In this document: in pieces, positions 50,445 to 63,150 of the stretch | Layout of the letters: each line of letters begins with the position of its first letter | Position numbering within the stretch: position 1 is the first letter of the stretch | DNA from: Octopus bimaculoides | Taxonomy: Eukaryota | Assembly (NCBI RefSeq): GCF_001194135.2 | Contig: NC_068986.1 | Location: 33,186,002 to 33,250,001 of the forward strand | Reading direction: 5' to 3' | Length of the DNA: 64,000 bases | Position numbers and translations under genes: made by a program | The notes under the pieces: model-generated | What the model was told of the DNA's origin: nothing | What the model saw: the letters and a program-made list of their open reading frames with translations, nothing else | Databases searched by the model: none

Positions 50445-50749
50445 CAGTGGTTCCGAAACCTTTTGTGGGGGGCAGCTGTCCCCTTGGCACCCGGGCCAGA
50501 TTCCTAGCGCCGCACCCCCACCCCCACCCACCATTACAAACGTAAACCATTTTCTGGAGTTAATTTCAAAACATGCAATTCACAAATAAAACATAACCTT
50601 ATTAACACGTCATTTTGTTTGTTCTTACATCCCTCGCCCCTTTTTCTCCACCTCATTATCGCATCACTTTCCTTCAATGACACCATCCCACCCTTAATCC
50701 TTCCACCGACCCCCTCCCCCGGGGGTGCCGCCCACTGTAGGAGCCACCG
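50445..50749. mobile_element. hAT (Charlie-like) MITE
   Basis: Left end CAGTGGTTCCGAAACC, right end GTAGGAGCCACCG. The 8-bp flanks ATTTAATA / ATTTAGTT are a degenerate TSD. Confidence 0.65.
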
Positions 50750-51699
50750 ATTTAGTTGTAGCTCAGAAGAAGTAGATGCGTTAAGCGTATCTCCAAAACA
50801 TATAATTCATGAAATTCATTTGCAGTTATACTTGTATAGACTTACATGAATGTATTCATGAATGATCACACGTTTTCACACATGATATGGTACCTGCTTT
50901 CTAATTCGATAGATTAAATAATGCAGATGATCTCTACTGATTATATGAACAGGGTCACATCTGGATAATAAATCTAAAGCTCGTTATTGAACTACTACCT
51001 GTTACCAGTAGATCTTTTTAAATAATAGCAAGATTACTAAACCACAACAGAAGAGATAACCTAACTGTAACCGGCTAATAATAAAACATCCCCTCAGCTG
51101 TAGATTAAGAATAACAGTGTACAACTGAAGAATTATCCGTTTCTATGCAATGCTGAGTTTAATTCTTCTTCACTGATAAAATTACCCTCGATAACTAGCA
51201 TCCAATCTAAAGGCGATTACTTGATAATCTAGTTAATGATACAGATACCGTACATCATTGCCTGGGCACTGTAGATACTTGTGGTTCCTCTAAATGGTTT
51301 AAAGTCTACCGAAGCAATATAAAGTTGTATATTTCATTTCAATGCATCAAAGTAGCCAATGTTACCATTGTCTAGTCGCTCGTTAACATTAATCCGTTAT
51401 CAATATCAATAGATTGATATAATCCTGTACAGAAACATTGTAGGGTACCTACTTTGTATACTCGATCTGATAAAAATTGTTTGCGGTGTGTGTTTTAGCT
51501 CGTTAGCCCCCGAGTTAAAATTCTACCGAGGCCAAATTTGCATTCATTGATAAATACAGTACAAGTAAAGCACTGAAGTTGAATTCTCTCCCTTCTCTCT
51601 CTAAAATTGGTAACATGCAAGGAACAAGAAAAACGTGATGAGATACTAGCTTCACTAATTCTTTCGCTGCCCACATTTTCAATTAACCATTGAGCAAAA

Positions 51700-52420
51700 T
51701 AAGTACGCGCTTAGGGCATCAAGGGAAGGGGGCACCACAGAAATGATAAATAGTTTACGGCACACAAAAAATATCACATTTAACTTGCTAAAATATTATT
51801 CGATGTGATTTATATGATCGAAAATATAAGTTCGAAGTATTCATGGTGTGTCATAGTGAGGATCTGATTAAAGATTTTTCAATTAAAAAAAGTAAAAATT
51901 TTCAAATATAAATAAAGTCGTTGTTGTTGGCACTCCGTCGCTTACGACGTCGAGGGTTCCAGTTGATCCGATCAACGGAACAGCCTGCTCGTAAAATTAA
52001 CGTGCAAGTGGCTGAGCATTCCACAGACACGTGTACCCTTAACGTAGTTCTCGGGGAGATTCAACGTGACACAGTGTGACAAGGCTGACCCTTTGAATTA
52101 CAGGCACAACAGAAACAGGAAGTAAGAGTGAGAGAAAGTTGTGGTAGAAGAGTACAGCAGGGTTCGCCACCATCCCCTGCTGGAGCCTCGTGGAACTTTT
52201 AGGTGTTTTCGCTCAATAAACACTCACAACGCCCGGTCTGGGAATCGAAACCGGTGCCCTAACCACTGGGCCATTATGCCTCAACATAAATAAAGTAGAT
52301 TATACAAAAATGAACATTATTTTCCATCTTACAAATTTACTTTATTGTTTATTATTGCTTATATTTTGAATTATATGTATATGGGGACACCAAAATCTTA
52401 GTGCCTCTATGGGTCTTAAG
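51700..52420. mobile_element. Possible old hAT-type MITE hosting the family A SINE
   Basis: GGGGCACCA / GGGGACACCA internal motifs and a cttaagccagccttg end resembling TTAATCCGGCCCTG termini. The boundaries are uncertain. Confidence 0.3.
51919..52285 (-). mobile_element. tRNA-derived SINE, family A, with 11-bp TSD
   Basis: Colinear with 724-1108 except for a deletion in the tRNA head. ATAAATAAAGT occurs at 51908-51918 and 52286-52296. Confidence 0.93.
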
Positions 52421-52699
52421 CCAGCCTTGCTGTGAATTCAACAGGTGAGAACGTTCTCACATTATGTACTCTAACTATTTCCCATATCTATTTCATTTTC
52501 TACCAGATATCTAAATTTCGAGAAATACTGTCGGCAATAAAACATTTCACGTTTTCATACTTCCAACTAAGAATTTTACAAATGCGAATTACAACGAACC
52601 TAATATGATCCTTTCTCCATCTGGGCGTAATTATTTTTCCCAGAGTGCAACATTGCACACATACACACACATATTTTTCAGGCTTTTGTTACAATGTAA

Positions 52700-53113
52700 A
52701 AAATTCGTCGTGACACTACATTCAGTATATGTGTGTGTACGTGTTAGTGCGTGTATATGTATATGTATATGTATATGTATGTGTATATGTATATGTATAT
52801 ATNNNNNNNNNNNNNNNNNNNNNNNNNNNNNNNNNNNNNNNNNNNNNNNNNNNNNNNNNNNNNNNNNNNNNNNNNNNNNNNNNNNNNNNNNNNNNNNNNN
52901 NNNNNNNNNNNNNNNNNNNNNNNNNNNNNNNNNNNNNNNNNNNNNNNNNNNNNNNNNNNNNNNNNNNNNNNNNNNNNNNNNNNNNNNNNNNNNNNNNNNN
53001 NNNNNNNNNNNNNNNNNNNNNNNNNNNNNNNNNNNNNNNNNNNNNNNNNNNNNNNNNNNNNNNNNNNNNNNNNNNNNNNNNNNNNNNNNNNNNNNNNNNN
53101 NNNNNNNNNNNNN

Positions 53114-53165
<52 letters not shown>

Positions 53166-53585
53166 AATTTATACACATATATACACACACGCATGTGTCC
53201 CTAGTTACGGTCACACAAACACATAAAATCACACACATACATATATATTCATACAAATATATATGTATGAGTGTGTGTGTGCTTACATGTGTGTGTGTTT
53301 GCAGGTGTGTGTGTGTTTGTGTGTGTGCGTGTGAAGTGTGTGAAGTGTCTGCATGCACACGCTTGGGTATACAGATGTGTACACTCCTGTGCTCATGGGC
53401 GTATACACATAGGCGCGCGAGCGACACACACACATGTATACACACGTACAAATATATATATATATACATGCATATATATACATACACACATATATACATA
53501 CACACATATATACATGTATATATATGTATATATAAATATATATATATACAAATTCATACATTTGCACGTACACACATACACACAA

Positions 53586-53639
<54 letters not shown>

Positions 53640-53800
53640 GCATACGTAGTTACATGCCTACATGCATATATACATACATACATTCATACATAGTTACATT
53701 CCTACATGCATATATACATACATACGTACATACATACGTACATACATACATACATGCGCATGTGGTGTGTATGTGTGCGTTTGAAATGGTCGTCTGTATG
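52700..53800. repeat. Mixed (TA)/(CA)/(TACA)n dinucleotide-tetranucleotide tract with gap
   Basis: Direct reading of the sequence. Confidence 0.9.
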
Positions 53801-54165
53801 TATGGTGTTTGTTAAGTCACGCAATGAAGAAACTGAGTTCCTTCTTTATGTATACAAACCGACACGCTTGGTTGGTTTTGTTTTGAAGTGCATTACTGCA
53901 CTTAGCTGAATGCCATTACAATTCACTCAAAGGATGTGATATTCTACTCCCTATAGTTCTCTCTATACACCATGATATATAGGTGTGTTGCTGTGAATCT
54001 ATATATGTGACGGTGCGGATATACTTGTCTCACAGCACTACACATTTCAAATATAAATATATTTCTGCTTGTATTTGTATGCGCGTTTCTTTTAATTTCT
54101 TTTTTTAGTGACTTGCTTGTTAGTATGTATACGCTTAAACGCCTATCCCTCTGTGTTCGTATATG

Positions 54166-54220
<55 letters not shown>

Positions 54221-54351
54221 NNNNNNNNNNNNNNNNNNNNNNNNNNNNNNNNNNNNNNNNNNNNNNNNNNNNNNNNNNNNNNNNNNNNNNNNNNNNNNNN
54301 NNNNNNNNNNNNNNNNNNNNNNNNNNNNNNNNNNNNNNNNNNNNNNNNNNN

Positions 54352-54423
<72 letters not shown>

Positions 54424-56667
54424 TATCTACCTATCTATCCCTGAATCTCATATATATACATAGACGTAAATATATTGGATTGAAACACGAGCGCATATAC
54501 GACAGTGAATGACGTATACTGCCTCCATTCTTTACATTGATTTACAAGCATGCTTCCGCACATTCATCGCTCCATTCAAATATGTAATTATCTATATGCA
54601 CAACAAACACATGCACAATAAAGCCACGAACATATACGTATAATAAAAGTTGAACATTCAACCAACTAGACACAGGTTTATGAATGCACCTCTGCCAACG
54701 GAGACATAAAAAACTATCTAACATCTAACGTGAATGTGACGTTTACCTTTATTTTAACTAAACCAAAACACCCTCGAATATGGCTAACGACAAAACATTG
54801 CAATTGTATGGGTACTATACAAATTATATATACATGTCCACACACTCACGCACAAGCCCAGAAAAAAACATAAGTGTGTACATTATATATATATANNNNN
54901 NNNNNNNNNNNNNNNNNNNNNNNNNNNNNNNNNNNNNNNNNNNNNNNNNNNNNNNNNNNNNNNNNNNNNNNNNNNNNNNNNNNNNNNNNNNNNNNNNNNN
55001 NNNNNNNNNNNNNNNNNNNNNNNNNNNNNNNNNNNNNNNNNNNNNNNNNNNNNNNNNNNNNNNNNNNNNNNNNNNNNNNNNNNNNNNNNNNNNNNNNNNN
55101 NNNNNNNNNNNNNNNNNNNNNNNNNNNNNNNNNNNNNNNNNNNNNNNNNNNNNNNNNNNNNNNNNNNNNNNNNNNNNNNNNNNNNNNNNNNNNNNNNNNN
55201 NNNNNNNNNNNNNNNNNNNNNNNNNNNNNNNNNNNNNNNNNNNNNNNNNNNNNNNNNNNNNNNNNNNNNNNNNNNNNNNNNNNNNNNNNNNNNNNNNNNN
55301 NNNNNNNNNNNNNNNNNNNNNNNNNNNNNNNNNNNNNNNNNNNNNNNNNNNNNNNNNNNNNNNNNNNNNNNNNNNNNNNNNNNNNNNNNNNNNNNNNNNN
55401 NNNNNNNNNNNNNNNNNNNNNNNNNNNNNNNNNNNNNNNNNNNNNNNNNNNNNNNNNNNNNNNNNNNNNNNNNNNNNNNNNNNNNNNNNNNNNATATATA
55501 TATATATATATATATACATACATATATACGTATGCATATATATATATGTATTATGGGTATGTATGTATAAATTGTAAGTAGATTTATACACACATATACA
55601 GACTCACGCATACACACATACAACAACCCACATTGTTAAAACCAAGAAAGATCAACATTGGTAAATATATTGAGCTTATAGCATAAAGTATTACAGCTTG
55701 ACCTTATTACTGACCAAATGTAGTTTCATTGGTATGTCTTCGCTTTCCGTGGTCCTATATAACACATACAAACACGCATATCCTTATCTGTTGATCTTTA
55801 TATAATCTATTCAGGCCATGTTTACGTATGTATGTCTTTGTGTCAATCTACAATCTGTCAGATATCTGTTTTTACGTGCGAGTGCGTGCATGTATGAAAT
55901 ACCATCATCATGGCAGTATTAAAGATGTTACGGATTCTTTGTGAATGTTTTCCTGTATTCCTGGATTATCGGATTAAAGGATCAAAGGATATGTAGGTAG
56001 GTAGATTCTTAAATCCTAGGCACTATTAGATTTATATATGGTTGGGTAATTTGTTCCTGTAAATGCATGCTGGACAAACACATTTGTAACAAACATGCAT
56101 GCGCACTCACACAAACATACATGAACACAGGACTAAAAACATACGCAAGCACACATACACACATACACACAAACATACATACGCATGTATATGCTACCGG
56201 TTAAACATACAACCGATACATACTATACAATCACATGTGTTTCTGTATATATCAATATAATTGTATGTACTTATATTATGGTTGTTCGTGTATGTACATA
56301 AGACTGCACGCCTATAAAGTTTGTATTTGTATATTTGAGTGTGAAAGTATGTGTGTGTTTCTCTTTGAGTTTGTGCATGTTTGCTTGTGTGTGTGTGTGT
56401 GTGTGTGTAAGTGTGTTGATATGTTACTGTTGCTGTTTGTCGCTTGGCCCACAATGCAAACCTGATCGAATACATTAAACGGAAAATATATCCCAGTTCT
56501 AACCATTCCGATATTTTCTTCAAACAATGTTATTAGATTTTATTATCGAATAAGCCCTTTCTATTGTATGATAATAAGGTGTCATTCAAGCTGTTGTGGC
56601 TGCTGTTTCTAGCAAATTTTGGGTCCGCATAGATGTACTTTTGTTAGCATATTTCTTATCTTTTATC

Positions 56668-57265
56668 TTTTACTTTCTTAATCATGACTGCCGCCATGCT
56701 GGAGCACCGCCTTGAAGGATTTAACTCCTACAAATCAAAACTTATTTTTTGTGTTTGGTAGTTATTTTCTAAATCTCTTATATCGAACTGTTAAGTAACA
56801 AGGACGTAAACAAAGAAAATATCACACACACATATACATATAAACATATATACTTCGAAGTTCCGCACATTTTCCGTCAATCAAATTCACCCACAAAGCT
56901 TTAGTCTGCACAGTGTTATAGAAGAAGGCACTTGCCAAAGATGCGGCACCATAAAACTGAATCCGAAACCACGTTGATTTAAAGCGTTCTTCTTAACCAC
57001 ACGACCCTGCCGGATAACATAGGAATATTTAGGGGTTTACAAATGAAAGCCATTGCTTTATCTTTTATCATTTATCTCTTGTTATTAGACTGCGGCCATG
57101 CTGTAGCAGAGCGTTGAAAAGTTTTTTTAGACAAACGAATCGACCACAGGCACTAGTTTTTTTGTTTTTTTTCAAACATGGTGATTATTCTATTGTGGTC
57201 TTTTGCTGAACCGCTATGATACGGTGCCATAAACAAACCGGCACCGGTTGGTAAACAGTGAACAC
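56668..57265 (-). mobile_element. Two old tandem family B copies (56668-57005 and 57060-57265)
   Basis: Each contains the gactgc.gccatgctg 3' module, and the first also carries the 5' module. Confidence 0.65.
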
Positions 57266-57355
57266 GCGTTCGCGCGCAAACACACACACACACAACACAC
57301 ACACACACACATATGTATCGTATGAAGTATATATTGGTTTACACAAATCCTAAAA

Positions 57356-57392
<37 letters not shown>

Positions 57393-58638
57393 NNNNNNNN
57401 NNNNNNNNNNNNNNNNNNNNNNNNNNNNNNNNNNNNNNNNNNNNNNNNNNNNNNNNNNNNNNNNNNNNNNNNNNNNNNNNNNNNNNNNNNNNNNNNNNNN
57501 NNNNNNNNNNNNNNNNNNNNNNNNNNNNNNNNNNNNNNNNNNNNNNNNNNNNNNNNNNNNNNNNNNNNNNNNNNNNNNNNNNNNNNNNNNNNNNNNNNNN
57601 NNNNNNNNNNNNNNNNNNNNNNNNNNNNNNNNNNNNNNNNNNNNNNNNNNNNNNNNNNNNNNNNNNNNNNNNNNNNNNNNNNNNNNNNNNNNNNNNNNNN
57701 NNNNNNNNNNNNNNNNNNNNNNNNNNNNNNNNNNNNNNNNNNNNNNNNNNNNNNNNNNNNNNNNNNNNNNNNNNNNNNNNNNNNNNNNNNNNNNNNNNNN
57801 NNNNNNNNNNNNNNNNNNNNNNNNNNNNNNNNNNNNNNNNNNNNNNNNNNNNNNNNNNNNNNNNNNNNNNNNNNNNNNNNNNNNNNNNNNNNNNNNNNNN
57901 NNNNNNNNNNNNNNNNNNNNNNNNNNNNNNNNNNNNNNNNNNNNNNNNNNNNNNNNNNNNNNNNNNNNNNNNNNNNNNNNNNNNNNNNNNNNNNNNNNNN
58001 NNNNNNNNNNNNNNNNNNNNNNNNNNNNNNNNNNNNNNNNNNNNNNNNNNNNNNNNNNNNNNNNNNNNNNNNNNNNNNNNNNNNNNNNNNNNNNNNNNNN
58101 NNNNNNNNNNNNNNNNNNNNNNNNNNNNNNNNNNNNNNNNNNNNNNNNNNNNNNNNNNNNNNNNNNNNNNNNNNNNNNNNNNNNNNNNNNNNNNNNNNNN
58201 NNNNNNNNNNNNNNTATATATATATATATGTATTAAACCATTTGCATATACATATACTTAGATTATGTAATGATTTATAACTTAGGTACATAACAGAACA
58301 TATAATGAAAAGCAATTCTGATAGGATGAAAATGAAACTCAACTCCATGAGGAATTGAAATCACTAAAGTCATAAAGGGAGGGAATTAATTAAAACAAGA
58401 CATTTTGTTGGACGTTTGTCTAAATTTACTTCCAAACGACCTTGGTTTAGTATAATTTTAGACAGAAGAATTGTGGTGGTGGAGTATATCACTAATTACG
58501 TTGCAATCAGCTGTTGACAAGTAATTATATCATCAATATCGATAGAGCCTGCTCAAGCTTGGTCATCATACTAGAAACATCTTCATCGTTCCCCGAAACC
58601 CCATCGTAGCCTCTTAAAAAAAAGAGGGATACTGAGAT

Positions 58639-58714
<76 letters not shown>

Positions 58715-58721
<7 letters not shown>

Positions 58722-59101
58722 CACAGACAGACGGGCGGACGGATAGACAGACATAGAGGGAGAGAAAGAGAGAAAGAGAGAAAGAGTGGGTGAGACAGAG
58801 TGAGAGAGAGAGAAAGATAGAGAGAGGGACAGAGAAACATAGAGTTGGATGGTCACTTTCAGGGCACTTGACCATTAAACATACTATTATCACAGACAGA
58901 TATAGAGGCAGAGACACACAGACGGATATATAGGCAGGGAAAGAGAGAAAGAGTGGGTGAAACAGAGTGAGAGAGAGAGAGAAATATAGAGAGAGAGAAA
59001 TATAGAGAGAGAGAAATATATAGAGAGAGAAATATAGAGAGAGGGACAGAGAGACAGAGGGTCACTTTCAGGGCACTTGACCATTTAACATACTACTATC
59101 A
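58715..59101. repeat. Two-copy tandem duplication of a ~200-bp GA-rich unit
   Basis: The core GGTCACTTTCAGGGCACTTGACCATT.AACATACTA.TATCA occurs at 58851-58892 and 59060-59101. Confidence 0.85.
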
Positions 59102-59104
59102 TGA

Positions 59105-59272
59105 CAGTCCCGCATTCTTCTTCTTCTTCTACTTGCATTAGAAACTATAGTACATATCCTTTTTGTTAGGTTGAAGCATTCTGGTGTGTCTGGGGTGGCA
59201 TGAATTGAACAGTAGATATTGCTTGGAGTCCGTGGGCTTATAGTATATATCTGTTTCTATTACGTTGTTAGG
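59105..59272 (-). mobile_element. Penelope-like element RT C-terminal fragment
   Basis: IETDIYYKPTDSKQYLLFNSCHPRHT then, after a frameshift, FNLTKRICTIVSN; the typical PLE thumb/linker region. Confidence 0.85.
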
Positions 59273-59419
59273 TTTCTCTCTCTCTCTCTCTCTCTCTTCT
59301 CCTCGAATACGTACTAACCTTCTCTCTCTAATCCTCGTCATCATCACCATCATCATCATCGTCCACTTTGAGTGAAATTTGGTGCTCTTTATTCAATCTA
59401 AGGAAGTTATATCTAATTA

Positions 59420-60435
59420 AATAATCCCTTCTACAATAGGTACAAGGCCTGAAATATTAGGGGAGAGGACTAATCAATTACAACTACCCAATGTTTGAAT
59501 GTTACTTAATTTATCGATCTCCGAAAAGATGCAATGCAAAGTTGACATCGGCAGAATTAGAACTCAGAACGTAAAGACGGACAAAATGCCGCTAAGCATT
59601 GTACCTGGTGTGTTAACGATTCTGCCAGCTCGTCGCTTTTCTCTAAATATTTTCTACTCTAGGCACAAGGGTTCCAGTTGATTAGATTGACTCCAGTATG
59701 CAACTGATACTTAATTTATCGACCCCGAAAGGATGAAATGCAAAGTCGACCTCACAACGTAAAGACAGACGAAATACTGCAAAGCATTTCGCCCGGCATG
59801 CTCACGTTTCTTATTTCTTTATTGCCCACAAGTGGCTAAACATTGCCCACAAGGGGCTAAACAAGGATAAAAGGCAAAGTCGACCTCGGCGGAATTTGAA
59901 CTCAGAACGTCACGGCAGACGAAATACCGCGAAACATTTCGCCCGGCGTTCTAACGTTTCTGCCAGTTCGCCGCATTCCGCTCTTCGCTAATTAAATAAT
60001 ACTTTCTACTATCGGAACAAGGATCGAAATTTTCATGGGGTGGGACAGTCGATTACATCGACCGAAGTGTTTTAACTGATAATTATCGACGCCTAAAGGA
60101 TGTAAAGCAAAGTCAACCTCGGTGGAATTTCAACTTACAAAGTAAAGACGGACGAAAGCATTTATCCCAGGGTGGCAGTGATTTCTGCCAGCTCGCTGCC
60201 GTGCATTACTACTATAAGCACAAGGCCCGAGATTTGGAGGGGAGAGTACTAATTGATTATATCGACTCCAGTGTTTGACTGCAATTTAATATATAGTAAC
60301 GCGAAAGGATGAAAGGCCAAGTCGAACTCGACAGAACGTTATGATAGACGTTATGACAGTGTCAGAACGTTATGATAGACGAAATGTCGATAAGCATTTT
60401 GCCCGGCGTGATAACGATTGTGCCAATTCGCTGCT
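59420..60435 (-). mobile_element. Array of five head-to-tail SINE family C copies
   Basis: Copies at about 59420-59640, 59650-59810, 59811-59974, 59990-60200 and 60205-60435, with different divergences and two tail types. Confidence 0.85.
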
Positions 60436-60967
60436 TTTACCTAACTAAATAATAATACTTATGCAGTGCAAAATAAAATTTATTTTAGCAAGTAGGGGCA
60501 ACAACTACCGGTATGTTACGATTTTACGAGACGTTGTGTCAACGAAACCTAGTTTCTTCATTGCTCGCTCTATTCGTAATAAGCGAATCACTACACTTAC
60601 GTGCATTAATGATCAAGCGTATGACTAATTTTCTTTTAACTAAAGTTAATTATCCGGTTATCATAAAGAATTTAGTGAATTATCTAAAGAAAAATATTTG
60701 GTCTATGCTTGAGGGCAAAATTTTATATTCATCAAATAACGCCTACTTCCATTCATGCCAACTATGACGGTTCATAGTTCAATATTAAAACTCCCCTCTC
60801 CCTCTCTCTCTCTCTCTTCCTCTTTTTCACTGTCTCTCTCCTCCTCTCTCTTTCTTTCTTTCTTTCTCCTTCGTTTTCCATATAGTCAATACTATGAATA
60901 AATGTTTCAAGTTTCTCCGACGAACAAAAACATGTGGAACCTCAGTTTCTAAATTTTCATGAACATT

Positions 60968-61039
60968 CAGGCGTAGGCCTAGCAACAGGCGTAGGCCTAG
61001 CAACAGGCGTAGGCCTAGCAACAGGCGTAGGCCTAGCAA
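60968..61039. repeat. 18-bp minisatellite (CAGGCGTAGGCCTAGCAA) x4, perfect
   Basis: Units at 60968, 60986, 61004 and 61022. Each contains the palindrome TAGGCCTA. Confidence 0.95.
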
Positions 61040-61059
61040 CAGGTGCAGGCGTGACTGTG

Positions 61060-61190
61060 TAATAAGAAGTTTGCTTTTCAACTACATAGTGCCGGGATAA
61101 ATCCCACTGCGTGGCAATATGGTCAGCTGCCTTCTTCTATAACCGAACCCTTCTGAGTAGATTTGGCAGATGGAAATCGAGAGAAACCCG
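61060..61190 (+). mobile_element. SINE-type family B, degenerate 5' portion
   Basis: aagtttgcttt.caactacatagt...cccactgcgtggca...gatttggcagatggaaa. Confidence 0.6.
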
Positions 61191-61484
61191 TGTGTGTGTG
61201 AGTGCGTGTGTGTGTGTATAAATTATTAAGTTGGCTGGTTACAATTTAAAACTAAAAGTACAATCGTTACTAAAGTGACAACGGTTGCAAGTTGGCACCA
61301 GCATTGCTAGAAATAAGAGTCAAGACAACTCTTAGCCATGTCACTATTGAGTGACAAGGGAGGCAACCACCCAACAGCAAGTGAGGGAGTCAGATCATCG
61401 ATGACTTTTGATTGAATTAATCGTCATCAGAGATACTCCGTTAGCCGCTAAATCTTTTTCTATGTTCGCTCCCTGTTTATTTCT

Positions 61485-61715
61485 TATTTCTTTATTGCCC
61501 AGAAGGGGCTAAACATAGAGGGGACAATCAAGAACAGACAAACGGATTAAGTAGGTTACATCGACCCCAGTGCGTAACTGTTACTTATTTAATCGATCCC
61601 GAAAGGACGAAAGGCAAAGTCGACCTCGGCGGAATTTGAACTCAGAACGTAACGGCAGACGAAATACCTCTAAGCAATTTGGCTGGCGTGCTAGCGTTTC
61701 TGCCAGCTCGCCGCC
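61485..61715 (-). mobile_element. Young SINE family C, tail type 2, with 16-bp TSD
   Basis: Well-preserved head GGCGGCGAGCTGGCAGAAACGCTAGCACGCC and tail TTTAGCCCCTTCTGGGCAATAAAGAAATAAG. CTCCCTGTTTATTTCT occurs at 61469-61484 and 61724-61739. Confidence 0.9.
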
Positions 61716-61723
61716 TAATATTT

Positions 61724-61870
61724 CTCCCTGTTTATTTCTGCGTTCCTTTTTGTCGAAGAGCGTAGGCTCGTAATGTAAAAGAGTTTCTCACTTCCCGAGC
61801 GTTAAACTAATATATCTGTTTGTTGTTTACACACCCGGCATCGTCTTTTGTTTTGTTTTTTTTTGTTTTT
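61724..61870 (+). mobile_element. Probable Penelope-like terminal repeat with a hammerhead-like fold
   Basis: GAGC-GTAG-GCTC hairpin flanked by CTTT/AAAG. Same family as 9683-9745. Confidence 0.5.
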
Positions 61871-62664
61871 GTAAATTCCTACTATATATATATTCACGCA
61901 TGTTTATGTTTATGTTCATGTTTATGAATTTGNNNNNNNNNNNNNNNNNNNNNNNNNNNNNNNNNNNNNNNNNNNNNNNNNNNNNNNNNNNNNNNNNNNN
62001 NNNNNNNNNNNNNNNNNNNNNNNNNNNNNNNNNNNNNNNNNNNNNNNNNNNNNNNNNNNNNNNNNNNNNNNNNNNNNNNNNNNNNNNNNNNNNNNNNNNN
62101 NNNNNNNNNNNNNNNNNNNNNNNNNNNNNNNNNNNNNNNNNNNNNNNNNNNNNNNNNNNNNNNNNNNNNNNNNNNNNNNNNNNNNNNNNNNNNNNNNNNN
62201 NNNNNNNNNNNNNNNNNNNNNNNNNNNNNNNNNNNNNNNNNNNNNNNNNNNNNNNNNNNNNNNNNNNNNNNNNNNNNNNNNNNNNNNNNNNNNNNNNNNN
62301 NNNNNNNNNNNNNNNNNNNNNNNNNNNNNNNNNNNNNNNNNNNNNNNNNNNNNNNNNNNNNNNNNNNNNNNNNNNNNNNNNNNNNNNNNNNNNNNNNNNN
62401 NNNNNNNNNNNNNNNNNNNNNNNNNNNNNNNNNNNNNNNNNNNNNNNNNNNNNNNNNNNNNNNNNNNNNNNNNNNNNNNNNNNNNNNNNNNNNNNNNNNN
62501 NNNNNNNNNNNNNNNNNNNNNNNNNNNNNNNNNNNNNNNNNNNNNNNNNNNNNNNNNNNNNNNNNNNNNNTATCAGCTGATTGAGAAACAATGGAATTCC
62601 AGTAAATCTCGAGATTGTCCACGATGGTAAATAGTGAATACAAATATCTTATTTTTCTATAAGT

Positions 62665-63150
62665 TTGATTTATTGAGCGGAGATCAAGCTAAGACACTGC
62701 CTTCATTAGTTTTACTTAACCTTCCTTCGTTTTTTTTTTAACAACCTCGTAAAGTCGTATGCTAAATATTTACATCAAGCTTGTTCTCCGTCAAAGATTT
62801 TTTTTTTTCTGCTCGGAAATTTGGACTTCTCTTCTTGCTTTGATCAAAATAATATTTTCCATTTCGTGAACAAATAGATGATGCTTTTGTAGAAATATTA
62901 ATCTTTCTATATTGTTTCAGAATTTAATTTGTTTCAGCAATACTTGTTTGTTTCCTTTCCTGCGCGTTATTTCAGCTTAGGCTATTCAATCTCTACGAAT
63001 TACAAGCCTAATTTCTTACACTTTTCAAATGTACGTCTGCATCCATTTTTCCAGTCATTAGTCAAGAATTTCTTCAATAAATGACTGATGGTTACTGTCA
63101 TTACAATTTTATCTGCTGGACAAGTCGCCTATTTTCTTCTCCCGGAAATA
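62665..63150 (-). mobile_element. Very old R4/Dong RT remnant
   Basis: The minus strand gives IFPGEE..CND(Q)LTIS (cf. ILPEEQ..CKDQLLI) and QCLSLSPL (cf. QGDSLSPL), with frameshifts. Confidence 0.4.

Noticed and set aside
51355-51413. Minus-strand acceptor/donor pair enclosing 59 nt
   Set aside because: All three frames contain stops.
55910-55992. Kozak-like ATG with a short ORF MAVLKMLRILCECFPVFLDYRIKGSKD and a possible donor
   Set aside because: It is only 27 codons with a weak donor and no homology; this is within chance expectation.
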